Shown in pieces: positions 36,390 to 47,209 of a stretch of 64,000 bases of DNA. Every line of letters starts with the position of its first letter. The first letter of the stretch is position 1. The position numbers and the translations under genes are program-made. Source of the DNA: a bacterium (GTDB lineage: Bacteria > Bacteroidota > Bacteroidia > Bacteroidales > FEN-979); assembly GCA_037141055.1 (NCBI GenBank), contig JBAXDH010000006.1, forward strand, positions 1,766 to 65,765, in the 5' to 3' direction. The notes beneath the pieces were generated by a model, which had not been told where the DNA came from, ran no database searches, and saw only the letters and a list, made by a program, of their open reading frames with translations.

Positions 36390-37027
36390 TTCTTTCCGAC
36401 CCATCGGCTGAGGTCTTGTTGCAACAGGGAATAGTTCTTCCTGTCATGGAAGAGTTCTACACACTGCAGGGGGAAGGGTTCAACACCGGCAAAGCGGCAT
36501 ATTTCATCAGGGTGGGAGGTTGCGATGTCGGCTGTAAATGGTGCGATGTTAAGGAATCATGGAATGCAGCAGATTTCCCCCCGGTTTCTACTGACATCGT
36601 TGTGGAGCATGCTTCTAAATACCCCGCCAATGCAATTGTAGTTACGGGTGGTGAACCTCTTCTATACAACATGGACTACCTGTGCCATGAATTGCATAAA
36701 AGAAAAATTCAGATATTCCTGGAAACATCGGGCTCACAGCCTTTAAGCGGCGAATGGGACTGGATTTGTGTTTCGCCCAAGAAAGACGCGCCACCTTTAC
36801 CGGAGGTTGCGTTTCGGGCGAATGAACTTAAGGTTATCATTCAGGATGACACAGACTTTCAGTGGGGAGAAGAAAATTCGCTTCTTGTGGACTCTTCCTG
36901 TATTCTTTACTTTCAGCCAGAATGGAGCAGGCGGGAAGCAATGATGCCCACTATTGTTCGTTATATACAGGAGAATCCGAAATGGAGAATCTCTTTGCAG
37001 AGCCATAAATACATGCACATCCCATGA
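36386..37027 (+). CDS. queE: 7-carboxy-7-deazaguanine synthase (radical SAM); start codon uncertain
   Basis: EEFYTLQGEG, CDVGCKWCD (CxxxCxxC), VTGGEP, ETSG, SLQSHK. Confidence 0.9.
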   Translation: MILSDPSAEVLLQQGIVLPVMEEFYTLQGEGFNTGKAAYFIRVGGCDVGCKWCDVKESWNAADFPPVSTDIVVEHASKYPANAIVVTGGEPLLYNMDYLCHELHKRKIQIFLETSGSQPLSGEWDWICVSPKKDAPPLPEVAFRANELKVIIQDDTDFQWGEENSLLVDSSCILYFQPEWSRREAMMPTIVRYIQENPKWRISLQSHKYMHIP

Positions 37028-38970
37028 TTTCCGCGCGATTATTCCTGGTTTTGTTCATGGTGCATTGTTCGATGTTCACTGCCTTCAGCCAGCGACAGCA
37101 GTTATCAACCCAGAACAAAAAAGCTGAAAAATATTTTTATTTCGCATTGGATTCTTTCCAGGCAAAACTCAGCGACAAGGCAATCACAGAGGCCAGGAAG
37201 GCTATCGATCAGGATCCCGGATTCACAGAAGCCTATATTCTCCTTGGAGATATTTATTCAGATGTTCAGCAGTATGATAAGGCGATAGAGGCATATCAAT
37301 CGGCACTGAAAACAAATAATCCTTTTTCTCCGAATCTTTATTATATACTGGCTAACATGCAGTTAAATACGGGCAGGTATGGAGATGCCCGGTTGAATTT
37401 TCAGCGGCTGCTTGAATTTGAAGGAATTCCGGAAACTAAAAAACAACAAACCGAACGGAAAATCGAGGCCTGTAACTTCGCCCTGCAATGCGTTGCGAAT
37501 CCCGTTCCTTTCTCCCCCGAAAACATCGGGGACAGCATCAACACACGGTTTGACGAATACATCAATGCCATCACACCGGATGATGAACGGCTCTTTTTTA
37601 CACGCAAAAATCCCCGCGACGCCCAGACAATCGATCAAACCCAGGAATTTGAAGAAGAATTCTATGTTGCTCGCCATACCGATTCCTCCTGGCGGCGGGC
37701 ATTAAACCTCGGCCCGCCGATAAACACACACGGGAATGAAGGGGCCCTGGCCATCTCCCCGGACGGAAAATATATCTTTTTCGCAGCCTGTAACCGTGAT
37801 GACGGACTGGGCAGCTGCGACATTTACTGGACCCGAAAATCGGGGAAAGACTGGTCGGAACCTGAAAACCTCGGATCGGTCGTAAATTCACCCCAGTGGG
37901 ATTCACAACCGACATTTTCATCTGACGGAAAAACGCTCTATTTCGCGAGCAAACGCAAGGGAGGAAAGGGAAGTTCAGACATCTGGAAAACCGAACTCCA
38001 GGCAGACGAGCAATGGAGTGTTCCTGAAAATCTTGGAGATTCGGTTAATACCCGGGCTGAAGAGATGGCGCCATTCATCCACCCGGACGATCAAACCCTT
38101 TATTTCTCATCCAGGGGGCATCCGGGGCTCGGCGGTTTCGACCTCTATTTTACCCGCAAAGGGTTGAACGGGGAGTGGCACAAGCCGGTGAACCTTGGAT
38201 ATCCCATCAATACACATGCCGATGAATTGACACTTGTTGTCAGTGCAAAAGGCGATTTAGCATACATTTCGTCCGACATCCCGGGTGGAAAAGGTCGCCA
38301 GGACATTTATCAGTTTCCCTTATATAAAGAAGCACGCCCGTTACTGACGACCTATTTCAAGGGAATCGTGTATGATGTTGAAACAAATGAGAAACTGGAT
38401 GCCCGTTTCGAACTGATTGACCTGGCAACGTCAAAAACATGCGCCCAGGCCTGGTCGGACAAAACCACAGGTGGTTTTTTGCTGGTGCTGCCGACGGAAA
38501 AAAACTATGCCCTGAATGTTTCCCGGGATGGTTACCTGTTCTATTCTGATAATTTTTTTTTAACAGGAACAAATTCGAAGAGTAAACCATTCATTAAAAA
38601 TATCCCGCTGAAACCCATCAGAATAGGGGAGGCGGTGATTTTAAAAAACATTTTCTTCGATACAGATCAATTTGTCTTAAAAAATGAGTCTCTGGCAGAA
38701 CTGCAGAAATTATTGGAATTGCTCAGGAAGAATCCGAGATTAAAAATTGCGATTAACGGGCATACCGATAACATCGGGACCGCGGAACACAATCTTGATC
38801 TGTCGAGAAACAGGGCCAATGCGGTTTATGAATTCCTGGTGCAGCATGACATCAGCAAAATCCGGTTGTCATTTGCCGGTTTTGGGTTTAGCCAGCCGAT
38901 CGATCTCAACACTACGGAACAGGGCCGTGCAAATAACCGGCGTACTGAATTTAAAGTGGTGGGTAATTAA
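37024..38970 (+). CDS. OmpA-family protein with TPR, PD40 and carboxypeptidase-regulatory-like domains (PorE-like)
   Basis: N-terminal TPRs; repeated P.NLG..IN/SPDGK.LYF; NIFFD...GHTDNIG...LSRNRA...NRRTEF. Confidence 0.88.
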   Translation: MISARLFLVLFMVHCSMFTAFSQRQQLSTQNKKAEKYFYFALDSFQAKLSDKAITEARKAIDQDPGFTEAYILLGDIYSDVQQYDKAIEAYQSALKTNNPFSPNLYYILANMQLNTGRYGDARLNFQRLLEFEGIPETKKQQTERKIEACNFALQCVANPVPFSPENIGDSINTRFDEYINAITPDDERLFFTRKNPRDAQTIDQTQEFEEEFYVARHTDSSWRRALNLGPPINTHGNEGALAISPDGKYIFFAACNRDDGLGSCDIYWTRKSGKDWSEPENLGSVVNSPQWDSQPTFSSDGKTLYFASKRKGGKGSSDIWKTELQADEQWSVPENLGDSVNTRAEEMAPFIHPDDQTLYFSSRGHPGLGGFDLYFTRKGLNGEWHKPVNLGYPINTHADELTLVVSAKGDLAYISSDIPGGKGRQDIYQFPLYKEARPLLTTYFKGIVYDVETNEKLDARFELIDLATSKTCAQAWSDKTTGGFLLVLPTEKNYALNVSRDGYLFYSDNFFLTGTNSKSKPFIKNIPLKPIRIGEAVILKNIFFDTDQFVLKNESLAELQKLLELLRKNPRLKIAINGHTDNIGTAEHNLDLSRNRANAVYEFLVQHDISKIRLSFAGFGFSQPIDLNTTEQGRANNRRTEFKVVGN

Positions 38971-39015
38971 ATATATATTCGTACCTTTGCACCCCTTAAA
39001 ATCCCGCATTGTTAC

Positions 39016-40959
39016 ATGATTAATATTACTTTACCCGATAATTCGGTTCGCCAATATCCTGAGGGAGTTACAGGTGTCGAAATAGCTAAAAGCATCAGCG
39101 AGGGACTTGCCCGTAATGTCCTTTCGATCCAGGTTGATGATGAGATATGGGATGCAACACGCTCAATTTCAGTTGATGCAAAAATCAGATTGCTCACATG
39201 GAGTGATCCTGAAGGAAAGTCCACCATGTGGCATTCCTCCGCCCACCTGATGGCTGAGGCCATTGAATTGCTCTATCCCGGCGTAAAATTTGGCATCGGA
39301 CCTGACATTGAAAACGGGTTTTATTACGACATTGATTTTGGAAATCAGCCGATTTCTTCGGATGATTTTACAAAAATTGAGAAGAAAATTCTTGAACTGG
39401 CCCGGGAAAAGCAGAATTTCACCAGGAAAGATGTTTCCAAATCCGAAGCTTTAAGTTATTTCACAACCAAAGGCGACGAATATAAACTGGAACTGATCGA
39501 TGGCCTGGCGGACGGGCAGATCACTTTTTATGAATCGGGAAAATTTACCGATCTGTGCCGCGGACCTCACATCCCCGACACTAGTTTCATCAAGGCGATA
39601 AAACTGCTTAGCATTGCCGGTGCCTACTGGAGAGGCGATGAAAAGCGGAAACAGCTGACCCGCATTTATGGTATCACGTTCCCGAAGCAGAAGGAACTTG
39701 ATGATTATCTTGTTTTCCTGGAAGAAGCAAAAAAACGTGATCACCGGAAATTGGGCAAGGAACTTGAACTTTTTGCATTCTCGCAAAAGGTTGGTCTTGG
39801 CCTTCCGTTGTGGCTCCCGCGCGGTGCTGCACTGCGTGAGCGTCTTGAGATGTTCCTGAAAAAGGTGCAAAAAAAAGCAGGTTATGAGCAGGTGATGTGT
39901 CCGCATATCGGAAACGTCGAATTATATAAGACTTCCGGGCACTACCAGAAATATGGAGAGAGTTCTTTCAGGCCCATCTCAACACCGGTTGAAGGCGAAG
40001 AATTCTTTTTAAAGCCGATGAACTGCCCTCATCATTGTGAGATATACAAGGTGAAGCCCAGGTCTTACCGCGACCTGCCTGTGCGGATTGCCGAATTCGG
40101 CACCGTATACCGGTATGAACAAAGCGGTGAATTGCATGGGTTGACCCGTGTCCGCGGGTTTACGCAGGATGATGCACACATTTTCTGCACCCCAGAGCAG
40201 GTTAAGGATGAATTCAAGGGAGTGATGGACATCGTAATGCTGATTTTCAGAGCCCTTGATTTTAAGGAGTTTATTGTCCAGATTTCATTGCGCGACCCCG
40301 AAAATAAGGAGAAATACATCGGATCAGATGAAAACTGGGAAAAGGCCGAACGGGCCATCATGGAGGTTGCCGAGGAGCGTGGACTGAATACGGTCATTGA
40401 ACTCGGGGAGGCCGCATTTTACGGGCCCAAGATGGACTTCATGGTGAAGGATGCTCTTGGAAGAAAATGGCAGCTTGGAACGATCCAGGTTGATTATAAT
40501 TTACCGGAACGATTTGAACTGGAATACATTGGCAATGACAATCAAAAGCACAGGCCGGTAATGATCCATCGGGCGCCCTTCGGATCCATGGAGCGTTTTG
40601 TTGCTGTATTGTTAGAGCACACCGCCGGTAATTTTCCCTTGTGGCTCACTCCCGATCAGGCTATTGTGTTGCCAATCAGTGAGAAATACCAGGAATATGC
40701 AAAAAAAGTTTTTAATTTGCTAAATAATTCCGAAATTCGCACCCTGATTGACGACCGGAACGAAAAAGCCGGCAAAAAGATCAGGGATGCCGAGTTGATG
40801 AAAATTCCATTTATGCTCGTTGTGGGTGAACGTGAAGAGAGTGAGGGAACTGTATCTGTTCGCAGGCATGGACAGGGAGACCTCGGACCACAAAAGATCG
40901 AAGATTTCATCAGGCTTGTGGAAGAAGAAATGAAAAAAGAAATTGGCGAAATAAGCTGA
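39016..40959 (+). CDS. thrS: Threonine--tRNA ligase
   Basis: TGS domain, [35 protein letters not shown]; TACCTTTG promoter at 38982-38989. Confidence 0.98.
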   Translation: MINITLPDNSVRQYPEGVTGVEIAKSISEGLARNVLSIQVDDEIWDATRSISVDAKIRLLTWSDPEGKSTMWHSSAHLMAEAIELLYPGVKFGIGPDIENGFYYDIDFGNQPISSDDFTKIEKKILELAREKQNFTRKDVSKSEALSYFTTKGDEYKLELIDGLADGQITFYESGKFTDLCRGPHIPDTSFIKAIKLLSIAGAYWRGDEKRKQLTRIYGITFPKQKELDDYLVFLEEAKKRDHRKLGKELELFAFSQKVGLGLPLWLPRGAALRERLEMFLKKVQKKAGYEQVMCPHIGNVELYKTSGHYQKYGESSFRPISTPVEGEEFFLKPMNCPHHCEIYKVKPRSYRDLPVRIAEFGTVYRYEQSGELHGLTRVRGFTQDDAHIFCTPEQVKDEFKGVMDIVMLIFRALDFKEFIVQISLRDPENKEKYIGSDENWEKAERAIMEVAEERGLNTVIELGEAAFYGPKMDFMVKDALGRKWQLGTIQVDYNLPERFELEYIGNDNQKHRPVMIHRAPFGSMERFVAVLLEHTAGNFPLWLTPDQAIVLPISEKYQEYAKKVFNLLNNSEIRTLIDDRNEKAGKKIRDAELMKIPFMLVVGEREESEGTVSVRRHGQGDLGPQKIEDFIRLVEEEMKKEIGEIS

Positions 40960-40998
40960 TATACAGCATAGTATTCATTAATCATTGGAGGAAATACA

Positions 40999-41553
40999 AT
41001 AGTAACACAATTCAGCGGCCCGAGGCGATATCCTAAACCGGGAAAGAAAGAAGAACCTTATAACATCAACCAATGGATCAAGGCTCCGGTTGTACGTGTT
41101 GTCGGTGAGAACATTGAACCCGGCATTTATAACATTCGTGAAGCCTTGAACATTGCCGAAGTGAAAGGTCTTGACCTTGTCGAAATATCACCCACTGCAA
41201 ATCCTCCCGTTTGCAAGGTGATTGACTACAAAAAGTTTCTTTACGAGCTTAAAAAGAAGCAGAAAGAGATGAAGGCCAAAACCGCGAAAATAATTGTGAA
41301 AGAAATCCGGCTCGGTCCGAACACCGATGAGCATGATTTCAATTTCAAACTGAATCATGCTATAAAATTTTTAAAGGAGGGAGCAAAAGTCAAGGTCGAT
41401 GTTTTTTTCAAAGGTCGTTCAATCATTTATAAGGAACAGGGAGAACTGATCCTTCTGAAATTTGCCCAGCTGCTTGTGGATGTTGGTAAGATCGAGCAAA
41501 TGCCACGCCTTGAAGGAAAACGGATGATAATGATCATTACGCCTAAAAAATAA
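40999..41553 (+). CDS. infC: Translation initiation factor IF-3, non-canonical ATA start
   Basis: Frame is open upstream of track start 41146 ([18 protein letters not shown]); GGAGG at 40987-40991 precedes in-frame ATA at 40999; [15 protein letters not shown]. Confidence 0.93.
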   Translation: MVTQFSGPRRYPKPGKKEEPYNINQWIKAPVVRVVGENIEPGIYNIREALNIAEVKGLDLVEISPTANPPVCKVIDYKKFLYELKKKQKEMKAKTAKIIVKEIRLGPNTDEHDFNFKLNHAIKFLKEGAKVKVDVFFKGRSIIYKEQGELILLKFAQLLVDVGKIEQMPRLEGKRMIMIITPKK

Positions 41554-41656
41554 GTAATGACGCACTACAGTGCGTCGATACCTGATACTGCAATCAAACT
41601 TTAAACAAATATCTAATCATCAATTCAATAAATCAATAATTCAACAAAAAGGTAAC

Positions 41657-41851
41657 ATGCCAAAAATGAAGACCAAATCCGGCGCCAAGAAAAGATTCGC
41701 TCTTACGGGTACCGGTAAAATCAAACGGAAGCATGCTTACAAAAGCCACATCCTGACAAAGAAGAGCACCAAGCGGAAACGTAATCTTACGTACTCCACC
41801 ACGGTTCACAAGTCGGATGAAGCCAATGTAAAGGAGATGCTCCAGGGTTAA
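41657..41851 (+). CDS. rpmI: 50S ribosomal protein L35
   Basis: [14 protein letters not shown]...HILTKKS; start 41657. Confidence 0.97.
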   Translation: MPKMKTKSGAKKRFALTGTGKIKRKHAYKSHILTKKSTKRKRNLTYSTTVHKSDEANVKEMLQG

Positions 41852-41867
41852 TAATTCATTGTTTAAC

Positions 41868-41913
41868 TTGTGATTAGCTTCAAAAGATTCCCGGTTCGGG
41901 AGCGCTAACGCAA
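41868..41913 (+). promoter_or_regulatory. Structured RNA between rpmI and rplT, candidate L20 leader
   Basis: Nested stems TTGTG/CGCAA, TTAGC/GCTAA, TTCCCG/CGGGAG with A-rich internal loop; no U-tract. Confidence 0.5.
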
Positions 41914-41926
41914 AAAATCAGAAAAC

Positions 41927-42274
41927 ATGCCAAGATCAGTAAATTCAGTCGCCTCGAGAGAGAGAAGGAAAAAAATCCTGAAACGGGCCAAAGGACAATT
42001 CGGAAGAAGAAAGAATGTCCTTACCGTTGCGAAAAATTCAGTAGAAAAGGGTTTGAGCTATGCTTACCGTGACCGCCGTACGAAGAAACGGAATTTCCGC
42101 GGACTATGGATCACCCGTATCAATGCCGGCGTAAGGCAATATGGAATGTCCTATTCCGTATTCATTGGAAAACTTGCTGAGAAAAATATCACGCTCAACA
42201 GGAAAACCCTTGCCGATTTAGCGATGAACAACCCGGAAGCTTTTAAAGCCGTAGTGGACGAACTCAACAGCTAG
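41927..42274 (+). CDS. rplT: 50S ribosomal protein L20
   Basis: [32 protein letters not shown]. Confidence 0.98.
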   Translation: MPRSVNSVASRERRKKILKRAKGQFGRRKNVLTVAKNSVEKGLSYAYRDRRTKKRNFRGLWITRINAGVRQYGMSYSVFIGKLAEKNITLNRKTLADLAMNNPEAFKAVVDELNS

Positions 42275-42295
42275 AATATTTGAGTGAATTTTTTG

Positions 42296-42331
42296 AAAAA
42301 TCCGTTCTGTTTGTTCAGGGCGGATTTTTTT
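42296..42331. terminator. Bidirectional intrinsic terminator
   Basis: AAAAATCCGTTCTG-tttgtt-CAGGGCGGATTTTTTT between convergent genes. Confidence 0.8.
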
Positions 42332-43752
42332 TATGGCTTACGGATGTATTTTATATAATTTTCAATGAACCCTTCGACTTTATCCGCAGGGAGCCGCTTT
42401 GCAATGATCTCTTTTTTCTCGTTTAACAGATAGATCACCGGGGTGGAGATGATGTCGTATTGATCATGATAATCCCCGGTCAGTGTTCTTGGTCCGTCAA
42501 CATTAATCCAGTTCATCTTCTTTTTCCGTATTGAATTCTTCCATTTCACAAGGGAAGTGTCCGAACAGATTGCGAAGACTTCCACCCCGTATTTGTCCTT
42601 ATCCTTATCATAAAACTCCTTGATGACAGGGATCTCCTTTTCGCAATGCCCGCAATCGGGATCCCAGAAAAGCAGCAATAAAAAGTTTGCGGTGACGGAA
42701 TGCATTGAAACAATTTTGTTGTTTGTATCAAGCATGATCATGTTGGGAGCAACCTGGCCGATAAGCAGGGGACGAATTTTATTTGCTTTCTTGATGATGT
42801 TGTCATTTACGGTTTTTGTGATCCACGTGGTTTGCCCTGTAACGTAATAGGTGTCAACGAGGTGCACGAATATTTTATCAAATCCCATGAATTCGGGATT
42901 TTCATAGCGGTAGGTCGAAAACCAGACAAGATATTTAAACATTTCCGGGTTGGAGCGTGTTTTTTCGATCATGGCGTCAACTTCCCGGATGATGGTATCT
43001 GGATTCTGTATAACGACATTGTCAAAATACTTTTTCAACTTGTTGTGAAATACCGGTGTTCTCAGCAGTCGGTCGTCGGTAAAATCAGACCCATCCCAGA
43101 AATGTGCTTTGTAATAGCGGTAACCAAAGGTTGAATCTTTTCTTCCGTTTGAAAGGACAGGTGGTTCAGGAACTTCCGGCTCTTTCATGGCATTGATCAT
43201 AAAAGCCGTAAAAGAATCGGGGTACTTCGCGACGATGCCGAGTTTATAGGCAATCAACTCTTTGTTAATGGCTTCGATCTGCCCGGAATAAGGCTTAAGT
43301 GAATCTTTCTGGTCGGCTGCAAGTTTAGCCTTTTTGTCAATCTCCTGGATCAGGTCATATTTGGCCTTGTTGTCCCTGAGATATTTGTAAAACAAATCAT
43401 TTTCGGGCGAATCTTTGATAATCATTGTATTAACTGGATCACTTACCGATGTTTCCATCGAAAATTTATGATCGTTGTTAATTACGAAGTCAAAATAGAC
43501 CTTGTCCGTCAGCACCAGGACATATAATCCTTTTGGCAGGTCATCAGGAGCCTTGTAAGTGCATTTCCCGGAGCCGTCCACTTTCAGGGTATCCTTGATA
43601 TACGTACCGTTGCTGTAATAATAAGCGACCAGGCATGTTGTGTCTTTTATTCCGTGGACTTTAAATTTTATGGTATACCCGCTCAGCCCGAAAGCGGGGG
43701 AAAGCAAGCCTGTCAAGAAACTCAGATAAAGGGCGATGCGCAGTTTTAACAT
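42331..43752 (-). CDS. DUF5106-like + TlpA/redoxin domain protein
   Basis: Signal peptide; HFWD...DDRLLRTP; GQVAPN; FWDPDCGHC thioredoxin-type motif. Confidence 0.8.
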   Translation of the reverse strand: MLKLRIALYLSFLTGLLSPAFGLSGYTIKFKVHGIKDTTCLVAYYYSNGTYIKDTLKVDGSGKCTYKAPDDLPKGLYVLVLTDKVYFDFVINNDHKFSMETSVSDPVNTMIIKDSPENDLFYKYLRDNKAKYDLIQEIDKKAKLAADQKDSLKPYSGQIEAINKELIAYKLGIVAKYPDSFTAFMINAMKEPEVPEPPVLSNGRKDSTFGYRYYKAHFWDGSDFTDDRLLRTPVFHNKLKKYFDNVVIQNPDTIIREVDAMIEKTRSNPEMFKYLVWFSTYRYENPEFMGFDKIFVHLVDTYYVTGQTTWITKTVNDNIIKKANKIRPLLIGQVAPNMIMLDTNNKIVSMHSVTANFLLLLFWDPDCGHCEKEIPVIKEFYDKDKDKYGVEVFAICSDTSLVKWKNSIRKKKMNWINVDGPRTLTGDYHDQYDIISTPVIYLLNEKKEIIAKRLPADKVEGFIENYIKYIRKP

Positions 43753-43761
43753 AATGCTTTT

Positions 43762-43893
43762 TTAACTTACAAATGTTCGTGAAATGATTCTATTTTCCTG
43801 GTGACCCGCCGATACGATCAGCAAGATCAACACCATCCAGCCATAAACGGACAGGCCCCATCGTTCCTTCCGGTTGATTAAAATGTAATTCAT
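43762..43893 (-). pseudogene. 43-aa small ORF; possible N-terminal remnant of a YdcF/DUF218-like membrane protein
   Basis: MNYILINRKERWGLSVYGWMVLILLIVSAGHQENRIISRTFVS*; fills the gap between two co-oriented genes; family link is recalled resemblance only. Confidence 0.35.
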
Positions 43894-43907
43894 GGTTGAT
43901 TTACACA

Positions 43908-45467
43908 TTAAGATAAATCCGAAATGTGTTCTTTGCGCAACAGGTCGTTGACCGTTTTCACGGGATTGAAGGTGATGATCGGCACTTCCATGAAAATTGT
44001 GATCCAGTTAGCCATTGCCCCGTTCCAAAGTCCCGGCAGTTCCTGTGCTTTCAATGTTTTGCCTCCGCTGGATTTCAATGAAATGAACCCGGTTTGTTCA
44101 TCAACGAATTCTTTCAGATCAAAGGGTTGTCCCCTGAAATCTTTGGTGCTGCACACCAGGTCGACCGGGTTAAAATGGGTGGACCGGCTGGCGATTGCCT
44201 TTTGAGACGGATTGTTCAAATCGATCTGGGAAGATTCGACGATTTGCAGGGAGAGTTTTTGATCGTCTCCCAATACCCAGAACGGACCACCGCCCGGCTC
44301 TCCTTCATTTTTAACCATGCCGCACACGCGAACCGGCCTGTTTAAATTTTTCAGCAGGAATTCTGCCTGGTCATTCAATGGAGCATCTTTGAATGCCTGC
44401 GGAAAATCCATGAATAAATTTTCCCTTGCAAATTTCACCATCGCGTCAATTTCTCCAGGACCCGCTTGTTTTTCATGGAGTAAAACCAGGAAGTCGGAAA
44501 TTGTTTCCTTAAGATGTACAAGATACCCGCCCAACAGCTTTTTATTTTCGATCGTGAAACTTTTCAGACGATCGGGAACAATGTTGTCAATGTTTTTAAC
44601 AAAGATAAGATCTGCATCGATCTCGTTCAGATTTTCAAGCAGAGCACCGTGCCCGCCTGGTCTGAAGAGGAGAGAACCATCGCCGGTACGGATTGGCTGA
44701 TTGTTTTCGTCAACGGCAATTGTATCTGTTGATGGTTTCTGAATTGAATAGGAAATATTGAATTCAACACCAAATGCTGACTCATAGGCGTCCCTGACAC
44801 TTGCAAAAAGTTCAGTGAATTTCTCCTGGTGTTCCGGTGAAATGGTGAAATGTATGCGGGCCACGTTGGAGAAATCTTTCGTATATACTGCTGCTTCAAC
44901 CAGGTGCTCTTCCGCGGCGGTCCTGGAACCTTCCGTGTATTGATGAAATTTCAGCAGGGCTTTCGGTAAATTTGAATAATTGAGCCCGTCCGCGGATAAA
45001 ATGCCATCTATAATGGCCGCATAATCCATGGCTGCCATGAGATGGTCGAGTGATTTTCCTTGTTTACCGATAAGTGCGGACAAGTCGTTATAAAAAGCAA
45101 TTTGATGCAGGTGGGTTACCAGGTAGGAAACCGAATTAAACCCCTGGTCTTTGTTCAAAAGAGCCTTGCCTGCTTCATCCTGCGAATATTGGTCCCTGAA
45201 TTCGAAAAGGTGCTTGAACATCCTGCTTGCAGCGCCGGAGGCAGGTACAAATTTTACAACTTTCAGTTGTGGCAGTTTTTTTTCAAAATGATCTTCGAAT
45301 TTTTTTTGTTGCCCGATGTCGAATTTCACGATGCCATCACCGTCAATGGCAGGTCTGGCGAGGCATATGAACGGAAATCCCTTTATAAAATGATCGATTT
45401 GCCTGTTGATCGCATGAAGTTCCGATCCCTTATCTTCAATTTGCTGCAGATCCTGTTCGGTGAACAT
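43908..45467 (-). CDS. DUF4301 family protein
   Basis: KFVPASGAASRMFK, FRPGGHGALL, RVCGMVKNEGEPGGGPFW, ELPGLWNGAMA; start MFTEQ 45467. Confidence 0.88.
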   Translation of the reverse strand: MFTEQDLQQIEDKGSELHAINRQIDHFIKGFPFICLARPAIDGDGIVKFDIGQQKKFEDHFEKKLPQLKVVKFVPASGAASRMFKHLFEFRDQYSQDEAGKALLNKDQGFNSVSYLVTHLHQIAFYNDLSALIGKQGKSLDHLMAAMDYAAIIDGILSADGLNYSNLPKALLKFHQYTEGSRTAAEEHLVEAAVYTKDFSNVARIHFTISPEHQEKFTELFASVRDAYESAFGVEFNISYSIQKPSTDTIAVDENNQPIRTGDGSLLFRPGGHGALLENLNEIDADLIFVKNIDNIVPDRLKSFTIENKKLLGGYLVHLKETISDFLVLLHEKQAGPGEIDAMVKFARENLFMDFPQAFKDAPLNDQAEFLLKNLNRPVRVCGMVKNEGEPGGGPFWVLGDDQKLSLQIVESSQIDLNNPSQKAIASRSTHFNPVDLVCSTKDFRGQPFDLKEFVDEQTGFISLKSSGGKTLKAQELPGLWNGAMANWITIFMEVPIITFNPVKTVNDLLRKEHISDLS

Positions 45468-45506
45468 AAATTGCTTTTTATTAACTTTAGGCAAATTTAC
45501 CAAAAA

Positions 45507-47195
45507 ATGAAAAAGACTGCGATTATTTTACTCCTGTGTTGGGTTTCTATCTGCGTAACTGCACAAATCGCCCCGCAAAAATATTTTATTGAATTCATGG
45601 ATAAAACAAATTCTCCATATTCAATTTCGCGTCCCAATGAATTTCTCTCATTACGTGCGATCGAACGAAGGCAAAAGCAGGGGGTCGCCATCGGGCAGGA
45701 CGATATTCCGGTCAATCAAACCTATGTGGAACGAGTGAGATCGTATGGGGTAAATGTCCTCACAAGATCGAAATGGTTTAACGGCATTACAATTTATTGT
45801 TTAAATCCGACCATTGTTGACACAATTTTACGGCTTCCATTTGTAAAACGGATCATTAAAGATAAATCAATAAATTCTATATATAGTTCAAATTCAGGTG
45901 ATAAATTCAGTTTAAATGAAGCTTCACTTAATGATAATCACATTCCTGGATTTACGGGTAAATCGAATTACAGCGGTAACCCGGCATACGACTACGGTCC
46001 ATCCTACAATCAAATTCACATGCTGAAGGGTGACAGTTTGCACAAACTTGGCTACAAGGGTGAGGGGATGATTATTGCGATACTGGATGCCGGTTTTTAC
46101 AGGGCTGACATCCTGGCGGCATTTGATAGTTTAAGGCATAATAATCAGATACTTGGCACCAGGGATTTTGTTACACCCGGGAATAATGTTTACAACGAAT
46201 ATGAACATGGTATGGAGGTGCTTTCCTGCATGGGCGGCAACATTCCGGGGCAGATTGTAGGCACGGCGCCCAAAGCGGGTTACTGGCTGCTGCGTTCGGA
46301 GGATAAGAATTCTGAATATCTCATTGAAGAGTATAATTGGGTTGCAGCGGCTGAATTTGCAGACAGCGCTGGTGCCGATGTCATCAATTCGTCCCTCGGA
46401 TACACTGAATTTAATGAAGTTACGCAGAATCACACATGCCAGGAGATGAACGGCAACACCACTCCTGTTACCCGTGGGGCAAATATTGCATCCGGCAAGG
46501 GAATGCTGGTTGTAAACAGTGCCGGAAATTCGGGGGCCTCGGCATGGCAATGCATCAGTGCTCCGGCAGATGGCTTCAATGTCCTGGCTGTGGCAGCGGT
46601 TGATTCCAACGGCATCCGGGCGGGGTTCAGTTCAATAGGAGAGTCCACCCGGCGGATCAAGCCAAATGTTGCCGCAATGGGCAAAGGTGCAGTGGTGTAT
46701 TCTCCCGCCGGAACTGTTATATACAACAACGGCACATCGTTTTCGTCACCGATCATGGCCGGCCTTGCAGCATGCCTGTGGCAGGCTTTACCGTCATGGA
46801 ACAACCAGGCCATCCTGCGTGCCATTGAACTCAGCGGGAACCAGGTTTCTCACCCGGATTCCCTGCTTGGATATGGCATTCCCGATTTTATTAAAGCCTT
46901 TCAGCATGTCAATGTTGACAATATCGATAATGAATCTGCCGTCAATATTTATCCGAATCCTTTTAATGAAGCGTTTTCCCTATCCTTCCATTCGGATCTT
47001 GCCCGGCAATTCGATCTGTATATGCTCAACAGCCTGTGCCAGGTAGTCTATTCTGCTCACAACCAGAAAGCAAGGATAGGGGACAACCTTGTTACCTTTC
47101 CGAATATGGCAGCGCTGCCGAACGGAAATTATATCATCAGGCTGACAGGAAACAGCATCTTTGTAAATTCAAAAGTCATCAAGTTAAGCAAATGA
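45507..47195 (+). CDS. S8 (subtilisin-like) serine peptidase with T9SS type A CTD
   Basis: IAILDAGF, HGMEVLS, NSAGN, NGTSFSSP; YPNPF...GNYII C-terminus; start moved to MKKTAII 45507. Confidence 0.9.
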   Translation: MKKTAIILLLCWVSICVTAQIAPQKYFIEFMDKTNSPYSISRPNEFLSLRAIERRQKQGVAIGQDDIPVNQTYVERVRSYGVNVLTRSKWFNGITIYCLNPTIVDTILRLPFVKRIIKDKSINSIYSSNSGDKFSLNEASLNDNHIPGFTGKSNYSGNPAYDYGPSYNQIHMLKGDSLHKLGYKGEGMIIAILDAGFYRADILAAFDSLRHNNQILGTRDFVTPGNNVYNEYEHGMEVLSCMGGNIPGQIVGTAPKAGYWLLRSEDKNSEYLIEEYNWVAAAEFADSAGADVINSSLGYTEFNEVTQNHTCQEMNGNTTPVTRGANIASGKGMLVVNSAGNSGASAWQCISAPADGFNVLAVAAVDSNGIRAGFSSIGESTRRIKPNVAAMGKGAVVYSPAGTVIYNNGTSFSSPIMAGLAACLWQALPSWNNQAILRAIELSGNQVSHPDSLLGYGIPDFIKAFQHVNVDNIDNESAVNIYPNPFNEAFSLSFHSDLARQFDLYMLNSLCQVVYSAHNQKARIGDNLVTFPNMAALPNGNYIIRLTGNSIFVNSKVIKLSK

Positions 47196-47209
47196 CAATT
47201 AAAACATGT

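Noticed and set aside
45060-45506. 149-aa N-terminal extension of the S8 peptidase
   Set aside because: It overlaps DUF4301 on the opposite strand; a normal signal peptide starts at 45507
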